A stretch of DNA of 32,646 nucleotides from a virus (Duplodnaviria; Caudoviricetes): IMG/VR virus record IMGVR_UViG_3300016471_000260, positions 1 to 32,646 of that record; one strand, written 5' to 3'. This document shows, piece after piece, positions 9,095 to 16,706 of the stretch. Position 1 is the stretch's first letter; each line of letters starts with the position of its first letter. A model generated the notes under the pieces. The model searched no databases. It was not told the origin of the DNA and saw only the letters and a list, made by a program, of their open reading frames with translations. The translations under genes and the position numbers were made by a program.

Positions 9095-9424
9095 CTATCT
9101 CGTAACGGATGGAGTTACTACAACAATACCCTCAACAATTCTAATTACAATTCCAGACAAATTTTCAGTTAGTTCACAATCCCATACATATTGTCCTGAA
9201 CTCAAAGAATTTGTATTAGCAGCATTCATATAAATTTGAATAATTCCATTTGAATTTGTAGTGACGGCAAAAACTTTAGATGTTGATGATGTATATGCTT
9301 TACGAATTTGAGCGGCACCTGTATATCCGGACAAATCAACTAAATTATTATTAGCATCAGATACTTCAATATCTTGAATAAAATCTGATCCTTGATCTAT
9401 AACTAAATTTGCCTTTAATGCCAT
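9095..9424 (-). CDS. Small beta-sandwich virion protein (fibre adaptor-like)
   Basis: MALKANLVIDQGSDF...DLSGYTGAAQIRK...GQYVWDCEL...RIVEGIVVVTPSVTR, a pattern recurrent next to fibre genes of T4-like phages; SD AGGAG. Confidence 0.8.
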   Translation of the reverse strand: MALKANLVIDQGSDFIQDIEVSDANNNLVDLSGYTGAAQIRKAYTSSTSKVFAVTTNSNGIIQIYMNAANTNSLSSGQYVWDCELTENLSGIVIRIVEGIVVVTPSVTR

Positions 9425-9445
9425 AAAAAAACTCCTACTTTTCTT

Positions 9446-9453
9446 TATTTATC
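9446..9453 (-). promoter_or_regulatory. Candidate late promoter (GATAAATA)
   Basis: One mismatch to TATAAATA, at a gene junction about 20 nt upstream of the ATG at 9424. Confidence 0.45.
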
Positions 9454-9817
9454 AAAATAGGTTTGGATATTCTCTGGCAAACCTCCTCATTATTACTCCT
9501 GCTTTAGCATTGGCTTCATTTTCATCATCACTTCCATCTTCGCCATTTGTATGATTATGAGAATGATGAACTAATTCGTGGGCTAAAGTTCTCATAACAT
9601 CCATAGGATGTCTTCCATCAGGACAAAGAGTTACTGATTCTCCATCCCAACAACCGAAAGCTTTCATCTGTTGAGCATCTTCTCCTTTGACTATTTTAAT
9701 AGGAGGAAGCTTCTGTATACCTAGTTCTTTTTGTACAAATGGCTTGAATAATTCAAGCACTTCATCTAAGCTTCTTGTCGATGCTTGTTCTGCGAAAAAT
9801 TGCTTGAATGTTTTCAT
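9452..9817 (-). CDS. Small zincin-like metallopeptidase (HExxH), possible internal head protein
   Basis: MRTLAHELVHH followed by ENEANAKAG; N-terminus MKTFKQFFAE. Confidence 0.75.
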   Translation of the reverse strand: MKTFKQFFAEQASTRSLDEVLELFKPFVQKELGIQKLPPIKIVKGEDAQQMKAFGCWDGESVTLCPDGRHPMDVMRTLAHELVHHSHNHTNGEDGSDDENEANAKAGVIMRRFAREYPNLF

Positions 9818-9838
9818 TTATTTTCTTTCTAAAAATAT

Positions 9839-9846
9839 TATTTATT
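9839..9846 (-). promoter_or_regulatory. Candidate late promoter (AATAAATA)
   Basis: One mismatch to TATAAATA, overlapping the upstream stop codon, about 20 nt before the ATG at 9817. Confidence 0.45.
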
Positions 9847-12439
9847 GAAACATCAAAAACATATTTCCGCCGGATGCTATAACGGCTGAATAAAGAATGA
9901 CAACTAACGAATCGCCGCCTTTTGGTCTACTTCCTCCTGATCCTCCCGCACCTGCACCATAATTTCCACCTACGCCTCCTTGTCCCGCAGAACTACCACC
10001 ACCACCGCCACCGCCGGGACCTGCAACAGCAGAATCAGAAGTTCTTACCCAAATAGCTTGAGATGTTCCTGCTGTTGCAGGTGATCCCGGAGCACCGCCC
10101 GCGCCGTTATTTGTTTGACCAAATATATTAGTTCCTGCAGTCCCTGCGCTTCCATTTCCGCCTTTATTAGCACCACCACCACCGCCGCCAACGGAAGCAC
10201 TGCCTGTACCTCCGTTTGCTCCGATTCCGTTTGGTCCAGCAGCACCACCACCGCCGCCGAAACCAGTATTAATTCCACCAGCCCAATTGCCTCCGCTTCC
10301 TCCATTAAATGCAAAATCGCCAACACAAGAAGAAGCTTGTCCCCCTGCTGTTCCTGTTGCGCTCGTTGATGATATTCCTCCTTTTGCTACAATGCCGTAT
10401 GTACTAATAGTTGGGGAACCGTTATTATTTTTATTAAGCCAAGCATCAATTACAACTTGGTCTACAGAGGCGGGAGCAGAATAATAAACTGTTTGTCCAG
10501 GATTTAACATAAGTTCGCTTGTTTGTGAATACGCTCCTCCACCAGCACCGCCAGCAGAATTTACATCTCCGCTGCCTCCTGTTCCTATGGCAGCAACGTA
10601 ATTTGCTGTATTGTTCCAATCGACCGGAGCCGTAAATGAACCTGTTCCTGTATAAAATAGAACTCTCAATAAATCTGAAGGAACATATTGAATAATAATT
10701 ACTGGATTTCCTCCGGCTGTTCTTACCTGACTGGGTCCTGCTCCTCCAGAACCTCCTCCGTATCCATAAGATCCTCCTCCAAAACTTACAGCAGCGCCAG
10801 ATGCTCCGCTTCCACCTCCGCCTCCTCCTGGTCCGACTAAAGCGCCCAAGCTTGTTGTGGTTCCTGTACTATGAGCAATAGTTTGTTTGTATAAAACTTC
10901 CATACCTCCAAACTTACCGTCGTTGTTGGTAGTTCCAAATCCTCCACCGCCTCCGCCTCCATAAAAACCATCGCTTCCTGCAAAAGAAGAAGTTGCTCCG
11001 GTTCCGAAAGTTGCTAACCATCTACCATCACCGCCATTGCCTGCATTAGATCCAGTAGGAGGCGCTCCTCCTGCGCTGCCGCCATTAGCGCCGCCACCTC
11101 CTCCTCCAGAATTTCCTGTGCTACTTCCTGTTCCTCCATTCGCACCTGTTCCTAATGGTCCAGCAGCACCACCACCACCGCCTCGACCTCCAGTTACGCC
11201 AGCTCCTCCGGTTCCTCCAGCAAAAGAAACATCGCCGATAGTTCCGGTTGAGCCTCCTGCTCCTCCGGTTGAAGTTGTAGTTCCCGATCCGCCTTTAGCA
11301 AGAACTCCATTATAAGAAACTGTTGGAGCAGATGCTGCTGCTTTGTTAACCCAAGCATCATTACCATTTCCTACCGTCTGAGCAGGAGCAGAAAAATATA
11401 GATAATCTCCTGTATTCAGAGTTAAATTTCGGATCCATGCACAAGCACCTCCGCCACCGCCGCCCCCGTTAGTGATATTATTTGCTCCCGATCCGCCTCC
11501 GCCGATAGCTGTCACGCTATTAAATGAGTTGCTCCAATCGCTGGGAGTTACCCATGCAGTTCCGGTCGTTGTTCCTGTTCCAGTTAGAAAGATTGTTTTA
11601 TAAGCAGATACTGGAACATATGTAATTACAATTAATGCTCCTCCGGCTGCGGTTGATCCTGATCCTGCTCCGCTTCCATATCCTCCTCCAGCACCAAGAC
11701 CACCACCACTACCACCGCCGCCACCGCCTCCAGGACCAACAGTGACTGCGGTTGAAGAATCTGTCCATATATTTTCTTGAGAACCAGCTCCTGCAACTCC
11801 TGTTGAACTTCCGCCGCCACCACCACCATTAGAACCGTTTCCGGCTGAAGAACTTCCTCCTCCGGTTCCAAATCTATTATTTCCGCCTGCGCCTCCTACT
11901 CCAGCAGCGGCATTTCCGCCATTAGCACCTCCGTTTGCACCACCACCGCCTCCCGATTCTACTCCAAATATATTTCCTAGTCCGCCGTTACCTCCTGGTC
12001 CATGGGGACCTGCAGCACCACCACCGCCGCCTCCTCCTGCAATAATTCCACTTCCTCCATTAAATGCCCTACCATCGCCTATACAACCTGAAGCTAGTCC
12101 TGCTGCTGAGGGTGTTGATACGGTTCCGCCGCCCTTTGCCAATATTCCTTGTGTATTATTAGATGGAACAGCATTTGATACTTTGTTTAACCAAGCATCA
12201 TTGCCTAATGATCCAGCAGAACTTCCTGTGACTAGAGCAGAATAGAAAACAGATTGCCCTGGAGATAAGTTAAATCCTACATATCTTGAATAGGCACCAC
12301 CGCCGCCGCTTTCTCCAGAAACTCCTCTAGCGGCTCCGCCTCCGATAGCATGAATAACATTCAGATCGTTGTTCCAATCAGCAGGAACTGTCCATGTTCC
12401 GGATCCAGTCAAAACTATGGTTCTAATTTTTCCGTACAT
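9842..12439 (-). CDS. Glycine-rich protein with three tandem domains; putative receptor-binding adhesin
   Basis: Three units of roughly 270-310 aa, each with TG(S/T)G..(V/T/A)P.DW.N..N.V.AIG.G, DAW(L/V)NK, AKGG, F.GG.GG, GGGGGAAGP.G.G.NGG and GPGGGGGG, ending V(I/V)I.Y; SD GGAG. Confidence 0.85.
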   Translation of the reverse strand: MYGKIRTIVLTGSGTWTVPADWNNDLNVIHAIGGGAARGVSGESGGGGAYSRYVGFNLSPGQSVFYSALVTGSSAGSLGNDAWLNKVSNAVPSNNTQGILAKGGGTVSTPSAAGLASGCIGDGRAFNGGSGIIAGGGGGGGAAGPHGPGGNGGLGNIFGVESGGGGGANGGANGGNAAAGVGGAGGNNRFGTGGGSSSAGNGSNGGGGGGSSTGVAGAGSQENIWTDSSTAVTVGPGGGGGGGSGGGLGAGGGYGSGAGSGSTAAGGALIVITYVPVSAYKTIFLTGTGTTTGTAWVTPSDWSNSFNSVTAIGGGGSGANNITNGGGGGGGACAWIRNLTLNTGDYLYFSAPAQTVGNGNDAWVNKAAASAPTVSYNGVLAKGGSGTTTSTGGAGGSTGTIGDVSFAGGTGGAGVTGGRGGGGGAAGPLGTGANGGTGSSTGNSGGGGGGANGGSAGGAPPTGSNAGNGGDGRWLATFGTGATSSFAGSDGFYGGGGGGGFGTTNNDGKFGGMEVLYKQTIAHSTGTTTSLGALVGPGGGGGGSGASGAAVSFGGGSYGYGGGSGGAGPSQVRTAGGNPVIIIQYVPSDLLRVLFYTGTGSFTAPVDWNNTANYVAAIGTGGSGDVNSAGGAGGGAYSQTSELMLNPGQTVYYSAPASVDQVVIDAWLNKNNNGSPTISTYGIVAKGGISSTSATGTAGGQASSCVGDFAFNGGSGGNWAGGINTGFGGGGGAAGPNGIGANGGTGSASVGGGGGGANKGGNGSAGTAGTNIFGQTNNGAGGAPGSPATAGTSQAIWVRTSDSAVAGPGGGGGGGSSAGQGGVGGNYGAGAGGSGGSRPKGGDSLVVILYSAVIASGGNMFLMFQ

Positions 12440-12455
12440 TACGAGTTAAACTCCA

Positions 12456-15400
12456 TTAGGCTTCAGTAGATACTGCTATAGCATCCCATCTTGAATCATC
12501 TGCATTCCAGATACATCCTACATATGTAGTTTTGCTAACAACAGTAGTTGTAGGAAGAGTAATTCCTACTGCTCTAAATCCATTAGCGCCTGATGTCCAA
12601 GTTAATCCTCTTGCTGTTCCATTATCTTTCAATCTGAACATTAATCTATTTCCGCTAACCGGAGTTCCTGTAGGAGCATTAATTGTAGCAGCAGCAGCAA
12701 GCGCAGTTCTGATATACATATCAGCCGCCGAAATATCCGGAGAAATATCTCCGCTGGCAGCAGAAGAAACTCTTGGATTAATTCTCTTGTTTGTTAGAGT
12801 TTGAGTTTTAGCAGCAAGAGTTGAATCATTTCCTTCGTGCCAAACTCTATATTTGAAGGCACCAAAACTCCAACCTCCAACGAACAGATCATTTGTAGTT
12901 GCATCTAAACCAAAATGGAAAGCAAAATCATTTGACGAATGGAACGTCATAAACGCATCTTGATTGTTAGTCGTTTGATATATCTGTAATGTGTTTACAG
13001 CGGATAAAGCTGTTCCTGCTATATTTGGAGGTTTAATATAGAAAGGTTCGTGAGCACTTCCTTGCCAATCAAATCCTCTATAATATAGTAACCTGCCATC
13101 AGCATCAATTCTTCCTCTTTCGACTCCTGCTGATGTTCTGAATATATGCTGGGGACTATCATATACAGTATAATTAATTCCGCCTCCGGCAGACTGCTGA
13201 TAATAAGCTGTTCCATTATTATCTACGACTTGATTTACTATAAATGCATTCAGTGTGCCAGTTGCTAGGACTAATCCAGCCGTTGCCGAAGCGCCGACAG
13301 AATTATTATACATCCTAATCCTTCTATCAGTATTTGTACTTTCAGAATAAACATCCAAATCATTTGCAGGAGAAGATATGCCTATACCAACTCTACCGAC
13401 AGAATCAATTCTAATTCCTCTTCAGCTGTTGGACCACTGGCCAATAGTTATTCCTCCGGTATCAGCAGTGCCTTGAGAATAAATTAAAGCTGCATCCCCG
13501 GCTTGAGTTAGTGGGTTCCAATTTCCAACATTCAATCTAGAACCAAGATTTAGCCAATATGTTCCGTCCGTAAGTCTAACATCTCCGGCTGCTGTTCCTG
13601 CTGGTCTTTGAACCGTCAATCTATAATTAGCAGTATCAGTAGTTCCTATTGAAACATTTCCGCCGAACCCAACTCTCATTCTTTCAGCAAAAGCTGAACC
13701 ATCATTCGTTAAAAATGCAAGGCTTGTTGGTGCGCCTGTTGAACTATTTGTACCAGAATATGCATCTATTCCTGCAAATTGAGTATATGCGCTCGTAGTT
13801 GTTAGACCATCAATCTTAAAACTTCCTGTTGTTTTTGCAGTAGTCCAAGCAGATTGATTTCTAATCCATAAATGCGGAGTTCCTGTAGTTGAGCTTTCTT
13901 CTAGTAATATTCCGCCTGATACCGAGGCATTGCTTCGAAATAATGCTGAAACTTGAAAATTATTAATAGCAGTTATTGTTCCTGTTGCTGGGCTTGTTCC
14001 TCCAGCAAAAGTATATGTGAAAGTATTTATACCAGTTCTAGTAATAATATAAGTTCCATTATAAGCAGATGGAGTTGCACCTGCTATTGTAACTTGATCT
14101 CCACTATTTAAACCATGAGGGACGCTAGTAGTTGCTGTGGCAGTTGTAGAAGAACTCGTTAAAGAAGATAATGTAAAGTTTTGATTATTTGTAACTTCAA
14201 ATTTTCTAAAAGGAGTGTTTGTTCCGATACCTACGGTTCCGCCAAAATCTCCTCTAATTGTTAAAGCTTCTCTCCAAGTAGAAGAATCGGATCTATATCC
14301 TATTGCTAATGGAGCATTGCCAGAACCTCTATCTGGACTAATTATTTTCCAACCATATCCTGAACTAAAAGCAGAAGCTTTAAATTCTAATCCAGATTGA
14401 GATTCAAAATCTCCTGAACTACTAATTTGAACTGTACCTTTGTTGGTTGCTTCTGCAGTTCCTGGTGTTACAGCTCCAACTTGAAATGCTGTTTGAGGAG
14501 AAGAAGTTCCAACGCCAATTCTTGTTCCGGTAAAGTTAATATTACCGCCAACGGTATAATTATTTACAGTCAGATACGAGACAGCATTAGAATATGCTGT
14601 TCCTGAATTACCCGTAATTTGACTTTGAAGAGTTCCTAATGTAACTCCGCCGAAATTACTAGCATTGTTTGCAGTACCAGAATAGATTGTATTATTGACA
14701 GTTGCTCCGCCACCAAATGTTATAGTTCCTGGAGTAATAGAAGTATTGGTTGTAGTATTAAAAATTGCAATTGTTGTTTGATTTGCAACGGCATTTACCG
14801 AGTTATTACCAATCAATAGTTGATTTGCAGTATTCATAAACAAATTGGCATTATAAGTTAAAATACCTGATATCGCAAAGTTTCCTGATGTATTGACAAC
14901 AGAAGCAGGTAGTACAGAACCGCTCAGAGTACCGGTTGTAATATTTGTTGCATTAGAGGCAAAATTAGTTGCATTTGTATATGCTGTTGATGCATTACCG
15001 GTAATTTGACTTTGAAGAGTAGATAAGTTAACTCCAGAACCTTCAGGTCCCAGATGTGTTGCACCATTAGCTTGTCTGCTAAATGAATTTGGAGTCAGAG
15101 TGGCAACAGAAGATGAATTTTGAATTGTAATTGTTGACGTTACAATTGTGACATTTGCATCTGTATTTCCAGCCAATAATCGATCAGAGACTAGAGTATT
15201 ACTGTTTAATCTAATATTTCCAGAATCAACAGTAAGAGAAATATTATTAGCTCTCATTACCAGATTTGTGGATATAGTATTACCTTCTGCAGTCAATACA
15301 TAAGTCGATCCATTTGAACCTGCTTGTAGACTTGCATTTGCAACAACTGAATTTGAAGTTAGTGCCGTACTAATTCCTGATGGATTTACCCACTTAATTC

Positions 15401-16511
15401 TGTTTTCAGATTGATTAAATGCAAGAACAAATCCATCTGATGGACTGCTTGTATTAGCAATAAATCCACCTAATGCTAAAGAGTTGTTTGCAGTTCCACT
15501 GAATATAGAAGAATTGACAGTAACATTTGCAGATGCATTTCCTACAAATATAATTCCAGAATTTACTGTCACAGATGAAGTAGAGTTTGAGACAGCTAGA
15601 GTTGTAGTATTTGAAACAACATTAACACTTGCATTGCCTACTGTTAAAGTTGCAGTATTGACAATTGCATTTACATTATAAGTATGAATACCGGTAAAAG
15701 TAAATGCACCTGTTGTATTGACAGTATTTGTAGGAGCTTGATTCCAAGGAAGAGTTCCGGTAGTGATATTTGTTGCATTAGTATAGAATGCACCATTCTG
15801 ATTATTAAGAAGAGTTGCATTAGCAGCAGTACCGGTAAATGTGGTGGCATTTACTGTTGCTACTGCAGATGGATTTGAAATTGTTATTTGAGTGGTATTT
15901 GCTTGGACATTTGATGTACCAGATCCAACAGTTGTATTTACAAAAGTAGAAAGTCCAGTAACTCCAAGAGTTGTGATATTTGCTGTTGTGATATTAGCAC
16001 TAACTAGATTTGCATTATTTGTTACATTGATATTTGCAGTTGTTGTAACTCCAGTAACTCCGAGAGTAACTATATTGGCTGTAGTTACATTTGCAGTTAC
16101 TGCAGTTGCAGTATTCAATACTGCAGTATTAGTAACAGTAATATTGTTATTGACAGTAATATTATTCGAAACAATACCAACTGAATTTAGATTGACAGTA
16201 ACATTTGCAGTTCCGGTTACCAGAAGATTTGCAGAAATAAATGTATTAGAACTGATGACAAGATTTGAACTGATATTAAGATTAGCTAATGCAGTTGGAG
16301 TTCCGCCATGCAGTCCTGTGATGACATACATTGTATTTGAGCCAAAGAATCCATTTACATAACCATTACCAGTAGTAACATCAGGAGTGGAAGAAGCATT
16401 GGTGGTAACAACCGATGTTCTCATATCATTGACGAGTTCATTCGTCTTAGTTAACCATGAAGCAAAGGTATCATAAGTTGAAATTAAATTGGAATAATTT
16501 GGTTTAGACAT
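12456..16511 (-). CDS. Long tail-fibre-like protein (1351 codons) interrupted by one in-frame TGA at 13422-13424 (track ORFs 13422..16511 and 12456..13358)
   Basis: Same frame (16511-13358=3153). The junction reads IGQWSNS*RGIRIDSVGRVGIGISSPANDLDVYSE, continuing the R-I/V-x-x-x-G-x-V-G-I-G-T-x-x-P repeat found upstream. N-terminal DTFASWLTKTNEL anchor-like motif. Confidence 0.85.
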
Positions 16512-16704
16512 TAATTCCGCCCTTTGCCAGTAAAGCTTTGATTTGTTCTAATTGATTCTTTAAGTCTTTAAGTTCATTTTGCTGAAATAACATCTTATCT
16601 CTTTGTGCTTTTAATACTCTCAATTCATCAATATTCTTATTTATTAAAGCACCACTATTATTTTCTCGTACAAAACTAGGATTATCTGTGGGATCATATG
16701 ACAT
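16504..16704 (-). CDS. Small conserved coiled-coil protein downstream of the VrlC-like gene
   Basis: TDNPSFVRENNSGALINKN followed by heptad NELKDLKNQLEQIKALL; overlaps the start of the next gene. Confidence 0.85.
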   Translation of the reverse strand: MSYDPTDNPSFVRENNSGALINKNIDELRVLKAQRDKMLFQQNELKDLKNQLEQIKALLAKGGINV

Positions 16705-16706
16705 TT

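Noticed and set aside
10045-11871. Pro-rich and other short ORFs overlapping the glycine-rich gene (for example 11037..11315)
   Set aside because: Antisense or alternate-frame shadows of GGN-rich codons, with no independent evidence of expression.
13380-13424. Selenocysteine insertion at the TGA
   Set aside because: Only a weak AT-rich pairing follows the codon, there is no convincing bacterial SECIS, and the context is a fibre repeat rather than a redox site.
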